Source of the DNA: a bacterium
GTDB lineage: Bacteria; UBA8248
Assembly: GCA_965202625.1 (NCBI GenBank)
Contig: CBDBBI010000010.1
Span: 1,568,001-1,632,000, forward strand
Direction of reading: 5' to 3'
DNA: 64,000 nt
Numbering within the stretch: the first letter of the stretch is position 1; every line of letters begins with the position of its first letter. The notes under the pieces are model-generated. The model saw only the letters and a program-made list of their open reading frames with translations, had not been told where the DNA came from and searched no databases. The position numbers were made by a program, and so were the translations under genes. Shown piece after piece: positions 20,120 through 29,185 of this stretch.

Positions 20120-21285
20120 AAACCATTTACATGGACCACAACGCCACCACGCCGCCGCGCCCCGAGGTACTGGCCGCGCTTCAGCCGTATCTGGCCGAGA
20201 AATTCGGAAATCCTAACAGCATCCATCGCTACGGGCGTGAAACCAGAACCGCGATTGAAAACGCCCGCGACCATGCGGCGGCACTCGTCGGCGCCGCGGA
20301 AAGCGAAGAAATCGTCTTCACCTCCGGCGGGACGGAGAGCGACAACTGGGCGCTTCGGGGCATTATCTCCGAGGCGCAGGGAGCAAGCCATATCGTCACG
20401 ACGCAAATCGAGCATGAGGCCGTCCTCACGACGTGCCGAACGCTGGAAGAGGAAGGGGTGCAAGTCACTTACGTGAAGCCGAACCAGAAGGGGCGCGTCT
20501 CGGCCGAGGACGTCGCATCGGCGATTCAGCCAAACACGAGAATCGTGTCCGTCATGTGGGCCAACAACGAGGTCGGCACGATTCAACCGATTCAGGAAAT
20601 CGGCGCTCTGTGCCAGGAGCGCGGAATACTCTTTCACACCGACGCCGTGCAGGCCCTGGGCAAGGAATCCATCGACGTCCAGAAAGCCGGCGTATCCCTG
20701 CTTTCGGCCAGCGGACACAAGATCAACGGCTGTAAGGGAGCGGGCTTTTTGTACGTCAAAAAAGAGACCAGGCTCGGCCCTCTCATCACCGGCGGCGGCC
20801 AGGAGCAAAAATTGCGCTCAGGCACGGAGAACGTCCCCGGCATCGTCGCCATCGGAGAGGCGTGTCGCATCGCAAAAGACGAAGGCGGCCGATTCGCAAA
20901 GAACGTTTCCGCCTTCAGAGATCGGCTTGAAAACGAAATTTGCGAGCGCATCCCCGACGTGTCGATTAACGGCGATCAGGAGCATCGGCTCCCCGGCACG
21001 TCAAACCTCGGGTTCATCGGCACGGAAGGGGAGACGCTCTTGATTCGCCTTGATCTGGAAGGCATCGCCGTGAGCACCGGCGCCGCTTGCAGTTCAGGCT
21101 CTCCGGAGCCCAGCCACGTCTTGCTGGCAATGGGGCTATCCAAAGAAGCCGTCCAGGGCTCGCTGCGGTTCAGCTTAGGATATGGAAACTCGAATGACGA
21201 CGTCGACAGATTGCTCAAAGTGCTGCCGGAAGCCGTCAGCAAAGCGCGCGAGATGGCTCCGCGCCTCAAACTGGCGAAAGCATGA
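20116..21285 (+). CDS. iscS: Cysteine desulfurase
   Basis: [42 protein letters not shown]. Confidence 0.93.
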   Translation: MKTIYMDHNATTPPRPEVLAALQPYLAEKFGNPNSIHRYGRETRTAIENARDHAAALVGAAESEEIVFTSGGTESDNWALRGIISEAQGASHIVTTQIEHEAVLTTCRTLEEEGVQVTYVKPNQKGRVSAEDVASAIQPNTRIVSVMWANNEVGTIQPIQEIGALCQERGILFHTDAVQALGKESIDVQKAGVSLLSASGHKINGCKGAGFLYVKKETRLGPLITGGGQEQKLRSGTENVPGIVAIGEACRIAKDEGGRFAKNVSAFRDRLENEICERIPDVSINGDQEHRLPGTSNLGFIGTEGETLLIRLDLEGIAVSTGAACSSGSPEPSHVLLAMGLSKEAVQGSLRFSLGYGNSNDDVDRLLKVLPEAVSKAREMAPRLKLAKA

Positions 21286-21294
21286 GGGAAACCC

Positions 21295-21681
21295 TTGTCT
21301 TCCCTAAAAAACGATTACCATTATAACGACGTCGTTCTCGCCCACATCGCGGACCCGCACAACGTCGGCGTCATCGAAGACGCAGACGCCCAGGGAAGCG
21401 GAACGAACCCCGCCTGCGGCGACGAGGTAACGCTTTACCTCAAGTTCGAGGGCGCCGTCGTCTCGGACGCCAAGATGAAAATACTGGGCTGCGGAGCGAT
21501 CACCGCCGCGATGAGCGCATTGACGGACTTCGTGCGCGGCAAAACGGCCGATGCGCTCGCGCGAATCACCGCAGAGGAGATCGCCGAGAGCGTCGGCGGC
21601 CTTCCCTCTCACAAACGCCATTGCGCCGGGCTTGCTCGGCGCGTGCTCCGAAACGCCCTCAAATCCAAAAGCGCGAACTGA
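21295..21681 (+). CDS. iscU: IscU/NifU-type Fe-S scaffold
   Basis: NPACGD, GCGA, KRHCA (three conserved Cys); follows iscS. Confidence 0.85.
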   Translation: MSSLKNDYHYNDVVLAHIADPHNVGVIEDADAQGSGTNPACGDEVTLYLKFEGAVVSDAKMKILGCGAITAAMSALTDFVRGKTADALARITAEEIAESVGGLPSHKRHCAGLARRVLRNALKSKSAN

Positions 21682-21687
21682 TTTTCC

Positions 21688-22149
21688 ATGGGGACTTCAC
21701 GACCCGTCAAAGTCCGCGCACTCGATGGGTTCGAAGGCTGGGCGTTGCGCGCGGACGAGCGGACGACGCCGGAGAACATCGGCCTTCTGCAAGCCCGCCT
21801 GCTCAAAATCTGTGGGAATCTTCCCCGCATGGGCCCCGCCTGCGGACTGGACCACGGAGAGAAGGGGTACGAAGCCTGCTGGAAGGCGCCCTCGGAACTG
21901 CCCGCGCCCGAGGGGCTCTATGAAGCGAGCGTGCCGGAAGGCTGGTATGCGGTGGCGACCCACCACGGAGGCTACGACGCCCTTGGCGACACGTTGAGGG
22001 ACGTCCTCACCCGATGGCTGCCCCACAGCGGATTCAAGAGAAGGGAAGGTCCGTTCATGTATCAATACGTCACCGACCCGCGCGAAACGGCGGAGGAGAA
22101 CCTCAGAACCGAAATTTGCGTTCCCGTCCAACCCGATCCGGTTGCGTAA
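21688..22149 (+). CDS. GyrI-like small-molecule-binding domain protein
   Basis: PEGWYAVATHHGGYDAL, WLPHSG, YVTDP, LRTEICVPV. Confidence 0.8.
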   Translation: MGTSRPVKVRALDGFEGWALRADERTTPENIGLLQARLLKICGNLPRMGPACGLDHGEKGYEACWKAPSELPAPEGLYEASVPEGWYAVATHHGGYDALGDTLRDVLTRWLPHSGFKRREGPFMYQYVTDPRETAEENLRTEICVPVQPDPVA

Positions 22150-22167
22150 TCCCTCGACTCCAGCCCA

Positions 22168-25119
22168 TCACGCCTTCTGGATGCGACACAACAAACTTTT
22201 CAAATTCGTTTGATCCGAGACGGGATCCCGCTGCGCGACGTCCGTGAGAAAGTTGACGGATCGCCAGGGATGATAGGGCTGGCGTTCGCCCCAGCCAATG
22301 GGAATGAACACCGCATCCTCTCTGATGCCCGGGTTCAGCCAGGCCATCGCCTCAATGCAGCCGTGGGCGGTCTCCACCTTGAGCTTTACTCCGTCCTCAA
22401 TTCCCAAATGTTCCGCCTTGCGGGGATGTATCTGGCAATAGAGGTCCGGCCACATCTCCTGGGCTTGCCAGAAATAATGCGTCCAGCTATGAAAGTGGGG
22501 CGCAGGAGGACGGCCCGTCATCAATATCGTGTCAAAACCTTTTTTGCGAAGTTCCTCGCCCAGATTCCCATCGCCGGGCTGAACGATGCGGGCGCTCCGA
22601 GAGCCTGTAGGGGTCTTGCTGAAGGGCGAGATAATTTCCAGATCATCGTCGCCGCGTTCATATTCCAGATGGGGCAATCGCAAAAAGTTTTCCTGATCAG
22701 CGTAAAATTCCGGAAGCGCGGATAGACCCACCCGGGCGAATTTTCGCTCCAGCGCTTCCGTCCAGAACTCAAGCCGCCCGCTCGGCGTGGGGAATCGCTT
22801 GCCTTCGGGTTGACCCGTGGCGGTCGTTCCTTCGAGATAAAGCGTTTCCTGCTCGGGGGCATCCTCGCTTGAGACGGGGAAGCGCACCCAGCGATAGGGC
22901 ACCGAGTGGAGTCTTTTTTGCGTCACGCCTCGCAGAAAATCGTTGTCGATGCACATCTCATCCCAGAACCTTCCCGGCTCCTTGTATTCCTCCTTCATGA
23001 CGTCGCCAAACCCCAGGCGTCTGCCGAGTTCGATCCATATCCATCCGTCCGGCTTCGCCTCTCCCGGCGGGTCGATCATTTTGTCTATCCACACGATTCG
23101 CCTGTCATCGTTCGTGCGGCCCAGCTCTCCTTTTTCAATACCGCCCGCCGCAGGCAACACGTAATCCGCGAACGCGGAGGTTTCGTTGGAAAACAACTCT
23201 ATATGAACGATGAGGTCGAGCGCCTTGAAGGCCGCGCGCGCTTCATCCTGCCCTGGCCATTGCGCCATGGGATTGTTGCATGTGATGAGACCTTTGATGG
23301 GGTATGGCTTTCCCTTCCGCATGGCGTTCAGCCAACCGGTCGGGCTTCTGCGGACCATCGGTTTTTGAATCTGCGCCCTTCTGTTTTCAGGCGCATTGGC
23401 GGCGATGGGCGGGCCCGCCGTCATGTTCACGTAGGCGCCGCCCTTGCGACCCCAATTTCCCGTTATCGCGGCCACAAACATCATCGCCCGGTTGGTTTGC
23501 GCCGAATTGGTGTGCTGGTTGATCCCCCGGCTCGCGAAAATGACGCAACCATCCGCCTGGGCCACGTCCTCGGAAAGCGCACGAATCTCCTCCGCAGACA
23601 CGCCCGTGACGGCTTCGGCCCAATCGGGGGAATATCCCTTGGAGAATATGAATTCGCGCCAACGCTCCCAACCCAACACCCACTCCTCGCAAAAGCGCCG
23701 GTCGTGAGCGCCCGTTGAGAGAATATGGTGCGCCATGGCCAGGCCCAAGGCCATGTCGGTTCCCGGGCGGATGCCCAGCCACTTGTCCGCCTTGCTCGCC
23801 GTCGCGGTATATCTCGGGTCCACCACTACCATCTTGGCCTTGTTCTTGATGCGCCAGTCGTTCACCTTTCCAAAATAAACCGGCCGCGTCTCGGCTTGAT
23901 TGTCCCCGACGTAAAGATACATTTGGGCGCTGCCGATATCTCCAGGCGTATAGCTGTTTCCGTTGCCGTTGACCCCTTGCGTCACCTCGTAGGAGACCAC
24001 CTTTCCCGCCGCGCAAAACGGGTCCGTCCCCTGAAGGTTGGGGGTTCCCCACATCTGGCTGAACAGACGCGCATAGCCTTTTTGCGTGATGAGGCCCGTG
24101 CGGGTTCCCACAAAAAGCGCCAGTGCCTCCGCTCCCCATCGTTCCTTAAGCGTCTTGAGTTTCGCCGCGATCTCATCGAGCGCCTGGTTCCAGCTGATGC
24201 GCTCGAATTCCCCCTCGCCCCGGCGGCCAACGCGCTTGAGAGGATAGAGCAGACGATGTTCGTTGTGGTGCAACTGAAGCGTGAACTGCGCCTTGGGGCA
24301 AAGTTTTCCGTTCAGAACGGGGTCCTCGTCGTTTCCCGTCACGTTGATGAGCCGCTCGCCTTGAAAATGAAATTTCGCGCTGCAGCAGTTAAAACAGAAA
24401 TTACACCCTCCGGGCACCACCCGGTCCGCTTTGAGCGTCTTCTTGTCGCGCAGATAGGGAAAGGAAGGCCCCTTCTCCGCAAATACGGCGCTCGCATCGG
24501 GTGCATCCGCGAAACGGGGCCGAATCAGGTTCCCTGCCGGGCGCCCTCCATCCCCCTCTCCCACGCGGCCATTTGGCCTTTCGATTTTTTCCAGATAGAT
24601 CGTCTGCGGTCCCAGGAGAAAATGATCGTGATCCCGACAGCGCCGCTCCTCTGCGGCCGCTTTTTCAAGAAGCGCATCTCTCTCCCCAAAAGAGATGGCG
24701 AAACCTGGACAAATTTCAGCGCAGGCGGGCTCCCGTCCCTCTTCCCGTCTTTCCGGGCAAAGGTCGCACTTCACTGAATGGTGCCCTTTGGCGTCATAGC
24801 CCATCGCGCTATAGGGGCACGCCATGACGCACTCTCCGCAACCCGTGCAAAGCGCCTCGCGCACTTCCACAATACCGGTATCCGGATGTTTCGTTATCGC
24901 CTTCGGATAAACGGGACAGGCTCTCAGGCAGGCGGGGCGCTCGCAATGCTGGCAGGTAAGCGTCAGGAAATCAGGCGCTCCCGTGGAGGCGTCCCCCAGC
25001 CAAACCACCTTGTTGCGATATGTGCCGGGCCCCAGCCTGTGCTCCTGCTTGCAAGCCGCCTCGCAGCTTTTACAGCCAAAGCATCGCTCCAAATCTATCA
25101 TCAAGGCCAACTGTCCCAA
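22168..25119 (-). CDS. Molybdopterin oxidoreductase with N-terminally fused 4x[4Fe-4S] ferredoxin domain
   Basis: CFGCKSCEAAC, CQHCERPACLRAC, CTGCGECVMAC, CDLC...CAEIC; then CNFCFNCC...LCPK, RLLYPLKR, VVVDPRYT, ADYVLPAA; probable TTG start at 25119. Confidence 0.88.
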   Translation of the reverse strand: MGQLALMIDLERCFGCKSCEAACKQEHRLGPGTYRNKVVWLGDASTGAPDFLTLTCQHCERPACLRACPVYPKAITKHPDTGIVEVREALCTGCGECVMACPYSAMGYDAKGHHSVKCDLCPERREEGREPACAEICPGFAISFGERDALLEKAAAEERRCRDHDHFLLGPQTIYLEKIERPNGRVGEGDGGRPAGNLIRPRFADAPDASAVFAEKGPSFPYLRDKKTLKADRVVPGGCNFCFNCCSAKFHFQGERLINVTGNDEDPVLNGKLCPKAQFTLQLHHNEHRLLYPLKRVGRRGEGEFERISWNQALDEIAAKLKTLKERWGAEALALFVGTRTGLITQKGYARLFSQMWGTPNLQGTDPFCAAGKVVSYEVTQGVNGNGNSYTPGDIGSAQMYLYVGDNQAETRPVYFGKVNDWRIKNKAKMVVVDPRYTATASKADKWLGIRPGTDMALGLAMAHHILSTGAHDRRFCEEWVLGWERWREFIFSKGYSPDWAEAVTGVSAEEIRALSEDVAQADGCVIFASRGINQHTNSAQTNRAMMFVAAITGNWGRKGGAYVNMTAGPPIAANAPENRRAQIQKPMVRRSPTGWLNAMRKGKPYPIKGLITCNNPMAQWPGQDEARAAFKALDLIVHIELFSNETSAFADYVLPAAGGIEKGELGRTNDDRRIVWIDKMIDPPGEAKPDGWIWIELGRRLGFGDVMKEEYKEPGRFWDEMCIDNDFLRGVTQKRLHSVPYRWVRFPVSSEDAPEQETLYLEGTTATGQPEGKRFPTPSGRLEFWTEALERKFARVGLSALPEFYADQENFLRLPHLEYERGDDDLEIISPFSKTPTGSRSARIVQPGDGNLGEELRKKGFDTILMTGRPPAPHFHSWTHYFWQAQEMWPDLYCQIHPRKAEHLGIEDGVKLKVETAHGCIEAMAWLNPGIREDAVFIPIGWGERQPYHPWRSVNFLTDVAQRDPVSDQTNLKSLLCRIQKA

Positions 25120-25147
25120 GACTCGCCCCTTCAACGCGCGCGAACCA

Positions 25148-25918
25148 TCACCTTGCCAGATGCCACCAATATATCTCTCCCCCGCCAGAAACATAGTCCG
25201 CGAAAAAGGTGACGGTGATCACGTGCCCCAGCATACCGAGGAGGAAGAAAAACGCCAAAAAGACGTGCGCCAAACGCCAATACGCCTGTGCCGGAGATGC
25301 GTGAGCGCGCATCCCCAACAATTTATTCTCCCGACCAGCCAGCCGGGCGTAAGCGAACGTAAGGCGGGGACTGGACAGCCAATGCGTGAGTCGGGGCGAA
25401 AAAACGCCCTCACTCGCCCCTGGATCAAGTTGAGTCAAAAGGGATTTCTTCTTCTCGATGAGCCGGGCCATGCACTCTCGGTCATCCGCGCTCAAGGGAG
25501 CAAACGACTCGTGCCTTGAAGCAAACGTGGCCGACATTTGCCTGGAGGCGCGCACGCGCGCCCACACGCCCAGAAGCATCAAAAACAGCAGCGCAACGAG
25601 CAACAGCCCCGGCGCATAGCGCAGGAGTCCGCCGGAGTGAATCGTCGCCAGCACGCCGCCCAAGGTGGCCGTCACCACGTGGGCGGAAAACCAGCCGAGC
25701 GGGGAACCGCCCAGACCCGTTCGCTTCGCGATCACAAAAACCGCGGAAACGCACAAAAGAACGGCGCCGGCGACGCCGAAGAGATACAGCGTCGGAGAAC
25801 CCGGCAGATGCCATTCGAGCGATAGTCTATGTCGAAACGCGAAAAAGGTGACGAGAACGACCGCCGCCATGAAAAGGAGATAGGCAAGCAGCCTGTCGCC
25901 GACGTCAAACCGTCTCAT
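25148..25918 (-). CDS. Membrane protein with two H-x13-H helices (cytochrome b-like anchor candidate)
   Basis: Several TM helices; AHVVTATLGGVLATIHS and AHVFLAFFFLLGMLGHV; immediately upstream of the molybdoenzyme. Confidence 0.7.
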   Translation of the reverse strand: MRRFDVGDRLLAYLLFMAAVVLVTFFAFRHRLSLEWHLPGSPTLYLFGVAGAVLLCVSAVFVIAKRTGLGGSPLGWFSAHVVTATLGGVLATIHSGGLLRYAPGLLLVALLFLMLLGVWARVRASRQMSATFASRHESFAPLSADDRECMARLIEKKKSLLTQLDPGASEGVFSPRLTHWLSSPRLTFAYARLAGRENKLLGMRAHASPAQAYWRLAHVFLAFFFLLGMLGHVITVTFFADYVSGGGEIYWWHLAR

Positions 25919-25923
25919 GGAGA

Positions 25924-26403
25924 TCAGGAAAATTCGATTTTGACGACATCCACGATTTCAAAGTTCCTCACGCCGCCCGGCAGTTTAACCGCCACTGCAT
26001 CGCCAGGCTCCTTTTGCATGATTCCGCGCGAGAGGGGCGCGCCGAAAGATATGATTCCATTCGGGAGGTCGCTCTCCTCCTCGCCCAGTATCTTGTAGAT
26101 GATCTCCTCCTCCTTATCCAAATCGAAGAGGGTAACCTGGGTGCCGATGGTGACCCTCTCGCCGGAGATGGGGAGCTCCTCTATCAGGCTCGCCTCCCGA
26201 ATCTTGTCCATGATCCGGCTCACTTCATTCTTCAGGTTGCCCTGCAACTCAATGGCCGCCTCCCACTCGGCGTTCTCGCTCAAATCCCCCAAACTCGCCG
26301 CCTTGCCGATTTCCTTCGCCACCTCATGCTTGAGACGACGCTGAATTCCCTCCACCCTCTGCCTCAATCCCTCAAGACTCGCCTTGGTGATGTAATACGG
26401 CAT
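25924..26403 (-). CDS. greA: Transcription elongation factor GreA/GreB family
   Basis: GDLSENAE, IS..APL.R, KEPGD, PGG. Confidence 0.88.
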   Translation of the reverse strand: MPYYITKASLEGLRQRVEGIQRRLKHEVAKEIGKAASLGDLSENAEWEAAIELQGNLKNEVSRIMDKIREASLIEELPISGERVTIGTQVTLFDLDKEEEIIYKILGEEESDLPNGIISFGAPLSRGIMQKEPGDAVAVKLPGGVRNFEIVDVVKIEFS

Positions 26404-26444
26404 CTCGTCCCATCCCGCGATGTGAAATTATTCCAAAATGCGCC

Positions 26445-27359
26445 TCATGCGCTTTGAGGCGCTTTGCCCAACTGCTCCCGAAAGTCATACCCCGTCTCTT
26501 CGACAAACGCCTCAATCAAGCGTTTCGTTATGGGCCCCGGAACCGGCGCGCTCGGCTTGAAGCTGTCAATCTGACGCACCGGCATCGCGCATATCGCGCT
26601 TGAGGTGATGAAATACTCATCCGCCTGGGCCAAGTCGTATGTCGTGATTCCTTTCTCCTGAAGCGGAATTTCCAGGCGCTTGGCCAACTCGAACACCGCC
26701 AAGCGAGTCACGCCCTGCAATATGTTATCCTCAGGCGGCGTCCAGAGCACCCCGTCTCGCACCATGAAAAAATTGGCGACCGCGTTTTCCGCCACACGGC
26801 CATGAACGTCGAGCATCAAAGATAAAGAACCCGACGCCGCAGCGTCCAGCTCCGCTAAAATCTGATTCATTTTGCTCGTCACCTTCGCCCTCGTCTCCAC
26901 GCACTCCGGAGGGTTGCGCCTCGTGGGCGTTATCGCCAGGCGCACGCCGCTCAAATAACGCTCCGCAAAAGAGGCGACGTCCACCGGCCGCCAGAATATG
27001 AACACGGAAGCAGGCCCCGCCGCGCGCGCCGTCATGGAAGGATCGTCGATACCGCGCGTCACCCAATGGCCGACGCGGTACATAGCGCCCTCCTCGAGAC
27101 GACGCGCATTCGCTTCCAAAACAGCCAACGTGGCCCGCTTCATCTCTTCCTTGCTGAGACCAGCCTTGATGCGAACGTATTTGAGAGAGCGGTAGAGACG
27201 ATCAAGATGATCGTCGAGCCGATACAGCTTGCCCGAGAAGCAAGGGGTGACTTCATACACCCCGTCCCCCCAGAGGAAACCCCGATCAAACGGCGATATT
27301 CTCGCATTCTTCTCCTCCAGAATATCGCCGTTGAGATATACGAAACGCTCACCTGGCAT
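26445..27359 (-). CDS. Class IV aminotransferase (branched-chain / D-amino-acid type)
   Basis: DRGFLWGDGVYE, HLDRLYRS, ILQGVTR, ADEYFITSS. Confidence 0.9.
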   Translation of the reverse strand: MPGERFVYLNGDILEEKNARISPFDRGFLWGDGVYEVTPCFSGKLYRLDDHLDRLYRSLKYVRIKAGLSKEEMKRATLAVLEANARRLEEGAMYRVGHWVTRGIDDPSMTARAAGPASVFIFWRPVDVASFAERYLSGVRLAITPTRRNPPECVETRAKVTSKMNQILAELDAAASGSLSLMLDVHGRVAENAVANFFMVRDGVLWTPPEDNILQGVTRLAVFELAKRLEIPLQEKGITTYDLAQADEYFITSSAICAMPVRQIDSFKPSAPVPGPITKRLIEAFVEETGYDFREQLGKAPQSA

Positions 27360-27583
27360 CCGGTATTTCCCCCATCCGCATTCGCAAAGAAAGGCCCGCG
27401 CGAAACCAAGGGCACCGCCGCATGAGAAAATGAAATATCGCCTTGTGCCCACGCATCTTACAAAGAAAAAGCAGAAGGAAAAACCCGCCCCTTCCCAGGT
27501 TCCGCCCCACGCATACGCTCAAGCGCGAATTTTCTTCTTTTGACGCCCTGGTCGCGTCCAAAATCCTTCCGTGAGGGGGGTGA

Positions 27584-29176
27584 TCATTCCTTCCTTCCCC
27601 AACCTCCGCCGCCGGGCGTTTCAAGACGTATCCTGTCTCCGCGCTTTGCCGAGAAGCGCGCCTTGCCCGGAAAACGCCGACTTTTGCCTCCATTGATGAA
27701 AAAATTTCTGCCCTTCATGCCCGGCTCCCCGCCCCTCAGGGGCCAAGGCGGCATCTCGCGTCTCTCCGTCATGAACGAGACGGTGGCGTCGCCAAGCAGT
27801 TCAATCTCCCGAACGATGCCGTCGCCGCCTCGGTGCATTCCCCCGCCGCCGCTGCCTCTGCGAACGGCGTATCGGCTCACCCGAAACGGATAGGCGTGTT
27901 CCAGTGCCTCAATCGGCGTGTTCAGGGTGTTGGTCAAGTGGGTATGAATCGCATCTTCCCCCGCACCCCACGGCCCCCCGCCCATACCGCCGCCTGTGGT
28001 TTCATAATAGGCGTATGAGCGGCCCTGCCTGGGCCCGGGGCGATGGTCCACCCCTCCCACCGTGAGGTTGTTCATCGTGCCGCAAGAGGCGGCGGGTATC
28101 TTGTCGGGACACGCTTTCGAGAGAGCGCCAAGCATAACGTCCACCATTCTCTGGCTCGTCTCCACGTTTCCGCCCGCAACAGCCACGGGAAATTCCGCGT
28201 TCACTATCGTTCCCCTCGGCGCGCTCACCTCGATGGGGGTCATGCAGCCTGAATTGTTCGGAATATCGTGCGGGACCAAACAACGCACCGCGTAGTAGGC
28301 CGCAGTGCGGGCGATGGACTCCACCGCATTGACGCTGCCTTGCGTTTGCGGAGCGGAACCAGCGTAATCGACGCGCATTCTGGCACCGCGTATGGTGATC
28401 TCCACCCGTATCGGAACAAGGCCGCTGCCGAAGCCATCATCGTCCATGAAATCCTCGAAACAATACCGCCCATCGGGGATCTCCTGAATCACCGCTTTCA
28501 TCAGACGCTCGGCATACTTTTGGAGCTCTGCTGTGTAGCGCAGCGTCTGTGCCAAGCCGTGCTGCTCGACGATCTCCAGAATTCTTCGCTCCCCCACGCG
28601 GTTGGCCGCGATTTGCGCGGCGATATCGCCTTTGCGCTCCTCGGCCGTGCGCACGTTGGCAAGTATGAGGGACAGCACGTCTTCCTGCATCTCTCCCCGG
28701 CACACGAGCCTCACCGGCGGAATCACCACGCCGTCCTGAAATATCTCCGTCGTAATGCTCATCGAGCCGGGCGCGATGCCGCCCACGTCCGCATGATGCG
28801 CCCGGTTGGCGACGTAGTAAATCAGCCGGCCCTCTCTTTTCTCTCCGGCGTATACCGGCGAGATCATCGTGATATCCGGCAGGTGGTTTCCCCCACGGAA
28901 GGGGTCGTTCAGCACCACCACGTCGCCCGGCGCGAGCGTCATTCGCTCAATGACGTATTCCACGGACATCGGCATGGAACCCAGATGCGCGGGCAAGTGC
29001 GCCGCCTGGGCCGCCATCTGGCCCTTGGCGTCAAAGATGGCGCACGAGTAATCTTTCCTCTCCTTGATGTTGGGAGAAAAGGAGGAGCGGCAGAGCGCCA
29101 CGCCCATCTCCTCCGAGGCTGAGAACAACAGGTTCCGAAAAACCTCCAGGAGTATGGGATCGTATGTAGCGGCCAT
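27584..29176 (-). CDS. Hydantoinase B / oxoprolinase family protein
   Basis: SPNIKERKDYSCA, HLPAHLGSM, NDPFRGGNHLPD, RAHHADVGG, TPGGGGWG. Confidence 0.92.
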   Translation of the reverse strand: MAATYDPILLEVFRNLLFSASEEMGVALCRSSFSPNIKERKDYSCAIFDAKGQMAAQAAHLPAHLGSMPMSVEYVIERMTLAPGDVVVLNDPFRGGNHLPDITMISPVYAGEKREGRLIYYVANRAHHADVGGIAPGSMSITTEIFQDGVVIPPVRLVCRGEMQEDVLSLILANVRTAEERKGDIAAQIAANRVGERRILEIVEQHGLAQTLRYTAELQKYAERLMKAVIQEIPDGRYCFEDFMDDDGFGSGLVPIRVEITIRGARMRVDYAGSAPQTQGSVNAVESIARTAAYYAVRCLVPHDIPNNSGCMTPIEVSAPRGTIVNAEFPVAVAGGNVETSQRMVDVMLGALSKACPDKIPAASCGTMNNLTVGGVDHRPGPRQGRSYAYYETTGGGMGGGPWGAGEDAIHTHLTNTLNTPIEALEHAYPFRVSRYAVRRGSGGGGMHRGGDGIVREIELLGDATVSFMTERREMPPWPLRGGEPGMKGRNFFINGGKSRRFPGKARFSAKRGDRIRLETPGGGGWGRKE

Positions 29177-29185
29177 AGCGCGCTC

